Origin: Mobula hypostoma
Lineage: Eukaryota
Direction: 5' to 3'
Length of the DNA stretch: 64,000 nt
NCBI RefSeq assembly: GCF_963921235.1
Contig: NC_086097.1
Coordinates: forward strand, 128,342,001-128,406,000
Shown here one piece after another: positions 53,693 through 64,000 of the stretch (its first letter is position 1; the number at the start of each line of letters is the position of its first letter). A model generated the notes under the pieces. That model was not told the DNA's origin. It searched no databases and worked only from the letters and a program-made list of their open reading frames with translations. Position numbers and translations under genes: made by a program.

Positions 53693-54074
53693 TTTCAGAA
53701 CATTCGTTGTTGCATCTGTCATAAATTGTTCCTTAAAACCGGACTTGCATTTCCATCTTGAGATACACAACATATTGTAGATTAAATTATCAAATTACTC
53801 CAAGGGTCATTTCCTTTGTAATCCTTAAAAAGTGAATGGTAATCAGATAACAGTATGTCTGAGCATCTTTTGTTATTGGAAATTTCCGCTCTCTAAGTGA
53901 ACCAAAGGATCACATCAGTACAGTTGTGAGAGTGAGCACTGCAAGGGCATAACTGTACGGGTAGTTTTATTCTAATAATTTTTGTTAAGAATCATGGAAG
54001 ATGTTTCGGGCGAATTGTTTTCTTGTGTCTCTCTGCCTGTTGGGACTGATGTGACTGAATACATAACAATAATT

Positions 54075-54498
54075 TCTTCTCTGTGGATTGCCACCTTGTC
54101 ATGATGGAGAAGCTTGTGTGGTCCTGTGGTCCTGAAAGCGATGCCGTCTGGAGCTATGCTCCTGGTAGTGTCACCCATGGTGGTAAGGTCAAGGGTGAGG
54201 TCCCTGACAAAGAACAATCTAACCAAGACCTCAACGGTGGAACAGGCGGACGAAGTTACTTCAAACTCAATGGCTGTGAAGGCGAATGAAGGCTGCAACA
54301 AAGCTATCAGCTCCAATCGTTGTGGTTTCCATGCCATTGGAATCAGTTGTTTGATTTGTGAAGTATCGTGTGCTTCTTGGAGTGCAACACCAAGTACATG
54401 TTAAACAAATACATGCAGAGGCATCTTCATTCTGTGGGCCACTTCTTCAGAATGAAGACCATCATCCATGACCTCGAGAGATAGCCACGACGACGACG
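54075..54498 (+). mobile_element. RTE-derived short internally deleted non-autonomous element
   Basis: 10-bp TSD aacaataatt (54065-54074, 54499-54508); RTE/Expander-like 5' UTR (gccaccttgtc..ctatgctcctggtag..cacccatgg..gacaaaga); (ACG)n tail. Confidence 0.72.
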
Positions 54499-55194
54499 AA
54501 CAATAATTGAAAGATTGTCTGTGTACGTAACATTGTCGATTTAGGAAGTAATGTTATCTGTGTAACCCCAACATCTAGTTTTATCAATTGGTGAGAAAGG
54601 ATCTACAGCAGTACTTTTCAATTGGTTTCCAAGAGTAAATTTTGTTTTAGGCTTATTTCCCTAATTTCCAACTCATAGTAGAAATCTCTCTGAAATATAA
54701 TTGAACTCACCAATAATTCAGAACTAAATTTTGTTGTAAGGTGTTGTTCGTACCACAGCATGACTGTTTGATTAAGAGCAAATATGGAATCTGGGTCAAT
54801 CCAATTGTTTTCGGGACTATAATCTCTGAAAAAGCTTATTGGACTTATCAATTCCAGTTGACCAGGGAGGAAAACATTTTAGCTTCACCTTAGCTTCTGT
54901 TTCAGTGCATCTTTCCATGCAAAAACCTGTATCAAGGGCTTTGCTGAAGCCTTTTAGAATAGAATCCGCAAATGCAGGAAATTGTCATGTTACCTTGACA
55001 TTTAACAATGGAGTGGAACAGTACCTGTAGTTGGAGAAATGGAAATGTCTAAAATCTTTGAGTAAGTATCTTCATATGCTTGTGCCTATAAAGGGAAAGT
55101 GAAATAAGATATCTGACTAATGAGAAATCTTCATTAAAATATTAAGGTTCATCACAATGTTCGAGTCTGGAAGTTCTATTGAGTGTTCCCATTA

Positions 55195-57023
55195 GTTTTG
55201 TTTGTTTTATGGGAGTTGGTTTTGTGACTGCTCCTTTATTATAGACCAAACATTTTTTCACAATTTAAAAAAAATTGCTTCCATCACTCAACATGTAAGG
55301 TCACCAGTATAACATGGCTAATTTCACTTGAGTGGCTTGTCTGCCATCATGATTCTGAATGAATCCTTGATGGACTTCTTGAATCAGTGCTTCCTGCTTG
55401 TGGGCAGGTGGGATTTGCCTCATCTTTTTTAGGACAGTATACCCAAGCCTTACCTTCACTTTCAGCGTCAAATTTATACTGTGTTGAAAATCCTCTGGAA
55501 TTGGGTTAGTAGTATCTAGGAGACTCTTAAAACATGATCCTGGTTAATTTTTTTATTTGTTACTTTGTTACTACCAAAACTTTGGCCTTCCTTGCTGTAG
55601 TCAAGTCCACCCTGTCATCTTGTTTTACACGTTTATTACCATGGCTGTATAGGAGGCCTGCAATATGGCCTGGGATGTATAACGCCTGTACTAATGGTCT
55701 AGTCAATAATAACTCATAATTATTCTTCCACGTGGACAAATGTGGAAGCAGTTTACCTCTGTGTGTTCTTCATCTGGTAGTTGGCCTGAAGGAAAAATCT
55801 CTTTCTATTGCATTCCTAAAATAATTAGAATCAGTACACATCAAGACTGGTCTGTTGCCTTTACTTACTTTAGACATAATTCTGGGGCTTTAGCCTCTGC
55901 AAGTTGAGCTGTATGATTCCCTAAAGGATGCACTTGCAAGTCGTTGTTCAAATTCAATTTCCGATAAAAATTTTCCTTTTATAATCAAAAGCAAGGATTA
56001 TCATTGAGTGGATTTATCTCTCTGGAGTTTCAGTGCTGATCTATCATAATACCATATTTGAGAACAGTTCTCAAAAGGATCTCATGCTATATTAGGTCAT
56101 AGCAATGTTTGTTCCACAGCTTCCATGAAAGATGCAAGTTATACGTCATAGCTCTCCGGAAAGTATTCCAGCTTTAGGGTGTCATCTTGTAAAAGTATTT
56201 GCCATTCTTGTATCCAGTAAGGGTAGCTCTCCATTCATTTGTTGGGAACTTGCTAATTCTTTAAAGTGACAAACTCTGTTTGTATAATAATTGGTTTGTC
56301 CCTTTGCAGTGGTCTTACAGCAATAAGCATATAGAAACCATAGTAAGACATTGTTCTAAGATAGTAAATTTCTGTTCCGTTGAGATGAAATTACATGAGG
56401 CATGGTGTATGGCTGCTTGTGTTTCTTCTCGCTCATTATAGCAGATGGCTGCAGCGGTTTATGGAGAAACACAAAATCGCAGAACAAAAGTTTTTGTTAG
56501 CTCCATTGTCTGAAGGTCTATTGCTTGCTGACCTGTATTCGACAATTTCTTTCATGTCTCATAATCTTTTGGATTTCCTCAGTTTCCATCTGTCATATAA
56601 TGTTTTTGACAATTGAGCATAGTCAGGTAAGAAAGCTCTAACATAACTCAGTAGGTCTAGGGCTGATTGTAAGGCTTTATGGTCTTTGGATATCCTACTT
56701 AAGCAATTTTTTGTCTAAATTCAGGGGTTAGACCACATCCCTGATTAGTAATTGTTATATTGTTATAACTATGGTACTTCTGTATGAGAGAGCTGAGATT
56801 TTTTTAATGTTAATTACATATCTTTCAAAGCTTATTAGTTAGTCTGTTACTTTCAAGAAGTGGGAGTGACCAGAAGCCATTGGCCAGATATGGGCACAAT
56901 TTAAACTTCTAGAAGTCAATCCTTGCTGCATTTGTTGTAATGTCTATTGCCGTATCAAAACAGCAGAGCTAATTTTGCCACCAGTACAAGCTAGGCATAT
57001 GGAAAGTCCAGTATCGTATTCAT
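55195..57023 (-). pseudogene. pol: Foamy-like pol (PR-RT-RNase H-IN N-terminus), with large internal deletions
   Basis: ATG 57023 MNTILDFP; PR-like FDTAIDIT; RT LANGFWSLP, YVINIKKS..ITNQGCGLTPEFRQK..KDHKALQSALDLLSYVRAFLPDYAQL, FISTEQKFTILEQCLT; RNase H PLGNHTAQLAEAKA (55895-55927), PVLMCTDSNY, LPHLSTWK, IPGH..GN; IN GFSTQYKF, IPPAHKQEALIQEVH..HDGRQATQVKLAMLYW*PYM..CEKC. Confidence 0.93.
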
Positions 57024-57391
57024 CAGATGGAGCATTTTGGATAGAGTTATTGCTAAAATTCTCCTGTGCATTTTTATTACATTAATGTTAGCCTTCTCCA
57101 TCTTTAGATTTTGTTTTCCCTGAGCTGCAGGGAAGAGAGTAGGTGTTTGGGACTGACCCTGTCCCTTTGTATATTTAGAGGGTGAAAGATGAGGTGCTCT
57201 TCATGGTGTGTGCTCAGTTGTAAATTCTTCTCCATAAAATATTCCCTCTATTCTCGAAGGAGCATCTTGATCTAAAACTTTCTTCTGCAAAGAAAGGTGC
57301 CAGAGCTAAAGGCTGTGGCATATACCTAGTGTCTAGCCATCCAGGTAGTGGGTGAATATCTCCTACCTAAGGCTGGCATTCTCCAGGGAAC

Positions 57392-57598
57392 CGTAAACAC
57401 AAAATACTCTGCAGATGCTGGGATCAAAACAACACTCACAACATGCTGGAGAAACTCAGCAGGTCGGCAGCATCCATGGAAATGATGAGTCGTCGTTTCG
57501 GGCTCCTGACGAAGGGTTCCGGCCCGAAACGTCGACTCATCATTTCCACGGATGCTGCCCGACCTGCTGAGTTTCTCCAGTGTGTTGTGAGTGTTGCT
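57392..57598. mobile_element. Penelope-derived inverted-repeat insertion with intact minimal hammerhead core
   Basis: 14-bp TSD attctccagggaac (57378-57391, 57599-57612); ~70-bp inverted arms; CTGACGA-agggttccggccc-GAAACGTC at 57506-57533. Confidence 0.82.
57500..57538 (+). ncRNA. Minimal hammerhead ribozyme motif (Penelope type)
   Basis: CUGANGA box, GGG/CCC stem II, GAAA box, palindromic ACGU stem-III stub and GUC cleavage triplet. Confidence 0.6.
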
Positions 57599-58339
57599 AT
57601 TCTCCAGGGAACGTTGTTTGGTTTGCTGATTATTTCTTCCCTGCTGAGGATCTTGTGTGGGAGAATGCTGTGAATGTGATTGAACCAAGGAATAAGGTTG
57701 GTCTGGTGACTTGGTTATGGACCCTACATGCCCTTTAGGGGGGAAAGGGGAGGATCCTGTGCTGGTATCTCATTGCCCTTGTGTGGGAATGAACGGTAAT
57801 CCTGCTACCACCACGTGCGTGCGTAGGATCTCAACAACCTGAAATTGCTCACGTATCAGGTGTTGATTAAGGGCTATTTCCACATGGTTAAAGGACTAAA
57901 GCGGTAAATAGAATGAACTTGGTCTCCACCTGCCCTTGTTATTTGTTCTCATTTTAAAAGCTGTTATTAAGCCCTGGCTTCCAACTATTTTAATCATACA
58001 GCACAAAATCCTCCATGTATATCTCCACCATTAATCTGCTTATAAATTCACTCATAGATCTGATATGGATTTCCACACTTATGTGAAGGTGGTACCAAGG
58101 CTATGGGAAATATTCATAATAAGAATTGCTGAATATGTTGGGGAGTTTCACTGGCCCAGAAGGCCTGCAGCCTCCTGGCATTCTGAAGCAGCCACTTCAG
58201 AACTCCTTCAGCATCAGCTGGAGGCATGGAACAGACTGCCTGCAAACTCTCTATAGTCCAAGGTCCAAAAACTTGATGGGGAAGCTGTTGTGGCTCTCTG
58301 TACAGGAACCTATCCATGTATTCTTATTTTACTGCTACA

Positions 58340-59730
58340 GTCAACCTTTTTTTTAAAAAAAAGGATGTAGGCAAAAGAAGGGCAACTATAGGCCAGTCAG
58401 CTTAACATCTGTAGTTGGGAAAATGCTTGAAGCTGTCATTAAGGAAGAAATAGCGAAATATTTAGAGAGGAGTGGTTCCATTAGACAGACATAGCATGGA
58501 TTCAGAAGGGGCAGGTCCTGTTTGACAAACTTACTGGAGTTCTTTGAGGACATAATGAGTGCAGTGGATAGAGGCAAGTAAGGTACAGATGCAAGGAGTC
58601 GGAGGAAGCGTATTGGCAGGGATAGTGGATTGGTTAACCGATAGAAGGCAGAGAGTTGGTATAAATGGGTGTTTCTCCGGTTCGCAGTCTGTAGTGAGTG
58701 GGGTGCCGCAGGGGTCGGTGCTGGGCACGCAGTTGTTTACCATTTACATTAATGATTTGGAAGAGGGGCCTGAGTGTAGCGCAGCAAAATTTGCCGATGA
58801 CACTAAACTAAGTGGAAAAGCAAATTGTACAGAGGATGTGGATAGTCTGCAGAGGGATATAGATAGGTTAAGTGAGTAGGCCAAGGTCTGGCAGATGGAA
58901 TACAACGTTGGTAAATGTGAGATCATCCATTTTGGAAGGAATAATAGAAGAGCAGATTATTATTTAAATTGTGAAAGATTGCAGCATGCTGTTGTGCAGA
59001 GGGACTTGGGAGTGCTTGTGCATGAAACGCAAAAAGTTGGCTTGCAGGTACAACAGGTTATTGATAAGGCAAATGGAATGTTGGCCTTCATTGCTAGAGG
59101 GATTGAATTCAAGAGCAGGGAGGTCATGCTGCGACTATACAGGGTACTGGTGTGGCCGCACCTGGAGGACTGTATGCAGGTCTGGTCTCCATATTTGAGG
59201 AAGGATATTCTGGCTTTGGAGGCAGTGTAGAGGAGGTTCACCAGGTTGATTCCAGGGATGAAGGGGTTAACCTAAGAGGAGAGATTGAGTCGCCTGGGAC
59301 TATACTCTCTGCAGTTCAGAAGAATGAGAGGGGATCTTATAGAAACATACAAAATTTTGAAAGGGATAGATAAGATAGAAGTAGGAAAGTTGTTTCCATT
59401 GGTAGGTGAGACTAGAACTAGGGGACATTGTCTCAAGATTCAGGGGAGAAGATTTAGGACGGAGATGAGGAGAAACTGTTTTTCCCAGAGAGTGGTGAAT
59501 CTATAGAATTCTCTGCCCAGGGAAGCAGTTGAGGCTTCTTCACTAAATATACTTAAGAAACAGTTAGATAGGTTTTTATATAGTAAGGGAATTAAGGGTT
59601 ATGGGGAAAAGGCAGGTAGATGGAGCTGAGTTTATGGACAGATCAGCCATGATCTTATTGAATGGCAGGGCAGACTCGATGGGCCAGGTGGCCTATTCGT
59701 ACTCCTATTTCTTATGTTCTTATGTTCTTA
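58340..59730 (+). mobile_element. CR1 LINE RT plus 3' end nested in gag
   Basis: [39 protein letters not shown]; (TTCTTATG)n tail; internal deletion near 58575. Confidence 0.93.
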
Positions 59731-60517
59731 ACATTTTTAATAATTCTAGTGCATTTTCCCAAGCAAACTGTTCTCTGGGCTTCATGAGTACCTCTCAGGT
59801 TTACTGGTGTGAGCACTATCTTACATGTGCCTTTAAATAATACATGATATCCCTACGAATCAGGATTAAGATATGGGTCACCAGGCTCTATCACATAAGT
59901 ATGTGGACTTCAACTGCGTGCTTGGTTTGTATCTAAACGGGGGCCAGTTTGTTGTCTCCAGCTACGAAATATGCTACATTGTTGGGATCTGGTACAAATT
60001 GTGATGGTCTGAGACCAGCAGGTCGTACAGCAGAATTTGGTATGTTTAATCTGCATCCTGCTCTATGTTCTATCCATTCATCATTCCAGTCTCTAGCCTC
60101 AAGAATGAAATATTCATCCACTTGAGGAGCAATCGGGGTAGTATCCTATATTTCTGTTATTCTGCGTATCGATAATATCAACCAGCATTTGCCTACTGAA
60201 AACCAGGATGTTGACCTTTTTATAATACTATGTGGTGTCCTGTAGCATTTATCAAGAACTGTCTGAGTTGGACTACTGCTAAACAATAATTCTTTCTAAA
60301 ATAATACTTTTGGTATAATGTGACCAAGTCGGGAGCCAAGTATGATGGTATTGGGTTAGCTGACCGTGAAGTTCTAACTCGAACGAAGACTTTAAGCTCT
60401 ATCTGATATATAATACCCATGAGTACGCTCACTAAAGGGAGATCAAATTGTAATGATCTAATCTTCAAAACCTAGTTTACTTCCCTGTTTATTCTCCATG
60501 GTGAGATTAGCTGCCAA

Positions 60518-61497
60518 TACTTACTATTCGAGCAGTAGGTCCCTTCTCCCTATGAAGGAGAAGATACTTCCAGCTAATAAAGTATTTTATTTACAGAGAT
60601 ACATGTTTAAATCCACACAATGCTCTTACAACACATTTAAAACATTCTAACTTAAACATTTCCCAACTAAAAACCATTTCTAAAATACAAACCATTTCCA
60701 GAGCACAAAGCATAAAGCATTTCTCAAACATAAAGGATTAAAGATTCCAAAACACAGGTACAATAGCTATAAACTAAAAAGACACACCAATAATGTAAAC
60801 AAACAGGTTGTCCATAGCAGAAATTGAAGCTGGTGGAATGGATTCTCATTCAGCCCTTGGTTCTTTCATGGCTTCCTGATGTTCTTTACCTCATTCTGAA
60901 TAAGCTTGAACCTCTCTTACATTTATCTCTGTGACTTGGGTGACTTCACAAGCATGTGATTTCCTCAGATATCCTTTTAACATAAGCAGTCTAAAACAAT
61001 TTTGGAAGACAAATTGTAGATCTTAGTTAGTTACAATTAATACTGTAAAGCTAACTTTTGAGCACATAAAACTCTTCAAACCATAACCACATCAGTTATT
61101 GATATGCTCAAAGATATTATCCATCTGGTTCTGCAAGCTACCTTGAACTAAGCAAACTAAGAGTCAGCCTGTCTGTTTGAAACAACCTAAATTAAATGAC
61201 TCTTTGTCTTATACTCTACTCTTGAGCAATAATAAAGCAGGTGCAGCATCTCTTTACAGAGATCTACAAAATAGAGAGCCTACTTGCATAGCTGTTCTAT
61301 AAAGAGTGCTTTTTAAAATCTCAAACTGCCTTCCATTTACATTTTAGGATTGAAGAAAAACTTCCACTTACAACCACAAGTTAAACAAAGCAATATAGTT
61401 GAAAGTTTACTTACAACTGTTTGTGACTTTTCAATGGGAAACTGATATTTAGAAAGCAAGCTTAGCAAACATGAGATAGAAGCAAATATCTATCATA
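60518..61497 (-). repeat. 5' LTR of the foamy-like provirus (~980 bp; 3' boundary tentative)
   Basis: First 97 bp shared with the 3' LTR remnant; whole length homologous to ~11805-12710; minus-strand AATAAA at ~60587-60592 conserved in both copies; followed by TGG. Confidence 0.72.
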
Positions 61498-61647
61498 AGC
61501 TCACTAGGAGTTGTCATTGCTACCTATGAATCAATGGCTGAATGTTTATTGCCTTCTTTCTACCTCACTTTACTCCAGAGATACTAAGGCTTTGATAAAG
61601 GTAGTAGTAACAATAGCAGCATTTGATGTCTCTGGGCCTGTCCTCGA

Positions 61648-62020
61648 TAGGCAGAAGTTCAGAAGGATGAGGGAGAATATTATTGAAACCTGCTGAATAC
61701 TGAAAGGCCTGAATACACTGAATGTGGACAGGAAGTTTCATTAGTAAGAGGGTCTGGGATCCAATGTCACAGCCTCAGAATAAAAGGATATCCCTTCAAC
61801 TGAGATGGCGAGGAATTTCTTCCGCCAGAGGGTGGTGAAATTGTGGAATTTGTTGCAACAGAAGACTGTGGAAGCCAAGTCATTGTGTATATTTACGGCA
61901 GAGGTTTATAAATTATGAGGAGAATTAAGGAGATAAGGCTTTAAAAAATCAGGATTATTGAATAGTGGAGGACACTCAAGGACCAAATAGCCTAATTCTG
62001 CTCCTACGTCTTACGGTCTT
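61648..62020 (+). mobile_element. CR1 3' end fragment
   Basis: KFRRMRENIIET, HSLRIKGYPF, RNFFRQRVVKLWN; 3' UTR gcctaattctgctcctacgtcttacggtctt. Confidence 0.8.
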
Positions 62021-63959
62021 TGCTAACATTAATAAGTAAAACGATTAACCTCCAAATGCAGGCCCTAAGACCTGAATCATAGTCAATTCCAAAAGTTGTC
62101 ATAATTATTTATCCAACTTTGCTCAGTAATTCAGGACTTACTGACATCAGAAATATGAATTTTTTTTATTGGAAATTAATCAGTGGAAGGAAATCATTGA
62201 TGTATTGAGCAGTGGACTGTTATTTTTAATCCAGGACAATTATTATGTCAAACCCACAGGCCGAAAAGTACAAAAAGTACTCATCTGTAGAGCATTTCTA
62301 GCAGAGGAACTGCAGGTGGAGGGTTGCGGCCAGGGGGTGGGGGTTGGTGTAGGTGGGGAAGCAAAGAGGAGGAAAGCAGAGTCTCCATTTCAAAACTCAT
62401 GCAAGTCTGCATCTGTGCTGACAATATATGAAAGCCCCGCCACATCACCTGCAGGCAAATTTCAAAAACTCTAAACCTAAGCATTAACTAAATTTGACAT
62501 ACAAAATCATCGGTAGTATGTGACTAATTTAGACAGCACAGGTGGGGGAACTTGCAAAGGAAACCTCCATCATTAAACAGACACAAGAATGTGAATTAGC
62601 ATATTTCTTATGATGAAGAAAGAGAAGTTGCAAAGGCAATATACAGAAGGAGTGATGTTCAGCAATGGAACAGGAGCAGCAATTATGAGTCCGAGTGGTT
62701 TAAGCTGGTTTAATACTAAGATATGCATGAGCACCTTCTAATCTGAATGGAAAGATAACCAAACAGCTCATTGCCTGTGGCTCTTATGATAAGGTACTGG
62801 CTTCAGTTCCTAAAAGTATTCATCAAATCTACACTGAAATGCAAAAATATACCAATCAAATCTGTATCGAATCCAATATCAAGTCAACATTTGAGTTGAG
62901 ATGATTGAATTGGCTTTGGCAATTCTTAAGTACTTTTAGACAATATTAAACAGATTTTGATAGCCTTTGTGCAGTTATTAATATGTTTATCTAAATTTCA
63001 GATAATCTTCAGGAATAGTGTGCCAATGATAAGACTTTTCTGGAGAACTAACTCTCTAGATTAATGATATATATTGTGTAGCAGCAGAGATTCAGAATAT
63101 GTTTCTGAAGTGTAAAGTATCTAAAATGCAAAGTGGAACTGTAATCTTCTCATCAATGTTCCATCAGCTTTTCTAGTCTCATTTTCTTGTCTCTTCCTCT
63201 TTGCATTCTCTTCCAAGATTTTTCAGTGAGACAACAAAGCAGCCTGATCTCCAAAGATGATTGACAGATGTCCAAATCAGTGTCAGTGTGCTTTGTTTTA
63301 ATTTGGCCACCAGTATTAATAATAGCTGCTGTTGATTGGTCTCTGACATGAAATGTTAGCTGGATTTCTCTTTTCAGAGGTGCTGCCTCATGTGCTGAGA
63401 ACTTCCATAATTTTCTGAATGTATTTCTGATCTCAACAAAATTTTTTATTATTGTTGACTAGTGTTGAAATGGTGTGTCTCATCCACTTGCCTATGGGCT
63501 GCAGTGGTGGTGGTAATGGGATGTGAAAATTCTGGCTGGTGACCATGGTTTTATCTAGAAGGCATGGGTTAAATAATGATTGGGGAGATGTTCAGAAATC
63601 TGGAAGGGCCCGTGAAATTTTATGGACCATCTTGGAGGATATGTGCCTTTCCTGGAACCACACAAATTTATGTTGTGTATCTTCGGGACAGAGTGTTTTC
63701 AATCCCTCCAGAGGCAGACACTTCAAACCAAGTGACATGCAGAAACAGTCATCCAGTTAAGACTGTCTAGGTGATGAGCAATGACCATATACTACACACC
63801 TAATTCTGGATTGTCTAATGCTGATAATTTCAAAATTAAAGCTGTACATTAGTCTTCCGTCTCTGTTTCCCACTAGGATAGCATTGTGGTTAAGTGAAAA
63901 TTTCTCCTGAATTAGTCCATTAATATTGCCATCTATGCTCTCTTGCAGTGTCAATATAT

Positions 63960-64000
63960 AAGATCATAAGACATAGGAGCAGAATTAGTCCATTTGGCCC
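63960..64000 (-). mobile_element. CR1 3' tail at window edge
   Basis: ataagacataggagcagaattagtccatttggccc is the reverse complement of a CR1 3' end. Confidence 0.6.

Larger units (their letters stand above)
53267..55192 (-). pseudogene. env: Foamy-like env, heavily deleted and frameshifted
   Basis: C-terminus PGWLNAHVETIAKTFLAAAH../..SGWIGTTLNWVTDFF/AIFQWRIPLAIGIIVFVLLFL* resembles foamy TM (PAWIQQLAAATKDVWPAAAS...LKPILIGVGVILLV); upstream Cys-rich, N-glycosylation-rich stretches (NQT, NIT, NVT, NLS, NCT). Confidence 0.72.
57000..60499 (-). pseudogene. gag: Foamy-like gag, interrupted by CR1 (58340-59730) and Penelope (57392-57598) insertions
   Basis: 58114..58317 WTIESLQAVCSMPPADAEGVLKWLLQNARRLQAFWASETP resembles PFV [51 protein letters not shown] resembles IVDQEGVATAY; Q/P-rich C-terminus with no Cys-His box seen; net length ~1.9 kb. 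Confidence 0.78.
44687..61497 (-). mobile_element. Endogenous foamy-like retrovirus (Spumaretrovirinae-related provirus), degraded, with nested insertions
   Basis: LTR-gag-pol-env-accessory-PPT-LTR order on minus strand; foamy-specific motifs in Gag, RT, RNase H, IN and Env (see sub-features). Confidence 0.9.

Noticed and set aside
57215..57235. Foamy Gag YNLR chromatin-binding motif (reads tac aac tga gca)
   Set aside because: Needs a frameshift plus a substitution; too weak to claim from one copy.
59886..59896. ctatcaca resembling the LTR terminus inside gag
   Set aside because: Only ~9 bp match with no extension; likely chance.
62169..62484. ORFs 62169..62474 and 62281..62484 as host exons
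   Set aside because: No recognisable domain or convincing splice-site pair.

Overview
Vertebrate nuclear DNA, about 40% GC and very repeat-rich. The repeat set (CR1 and Rex1/Babar LINEs, V-SINE/HE1-like and DeuSINE-like SINEs, Penelope-derived hairpins, hAT and Tigger elements) suggests a cartilaginous fish, probably a ray or shark; this is inferred from the repeats only. No host protein-coding gene could be identified with confidence. The main finding is a degraded but almost fully organised endogenous foamy-like retrovirus (spumavirus) on the minus strand, about 61497 down to 44687. It has a ~1 kb 5' LTR, gag (foamy capsid-like central domain), pol with its own ATG (protease, partial RT, RNase H with PLGNHTAQLAE, integrase N-terminal HHCC), env with a foamy-type TM tail, ~1.8 kb of degraded accessory-ORF sequence, a polypurine tract and a truncated 3' LTR. 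At least ten younger insertions fragment it, which is why the ORF track barely shows it. A second, more diverged LTR+gag fragment of the same family lies at ~11630-12710. Other notable items: Penelope-derived hairpins with minimal hammerhead ribozyme cores, an internally deleted RTE derivative with a 10-bp TSD, a MER2/Tigger-like segment very similar to the mammalian consensus as I recall it, two hAT deletion derivatives with 8-bp TSDs, and a 35-bp minisatellite with CTCF-like motifs. All protein comparisons are manual translations against recalled reference sequences and need confirming by alignment.
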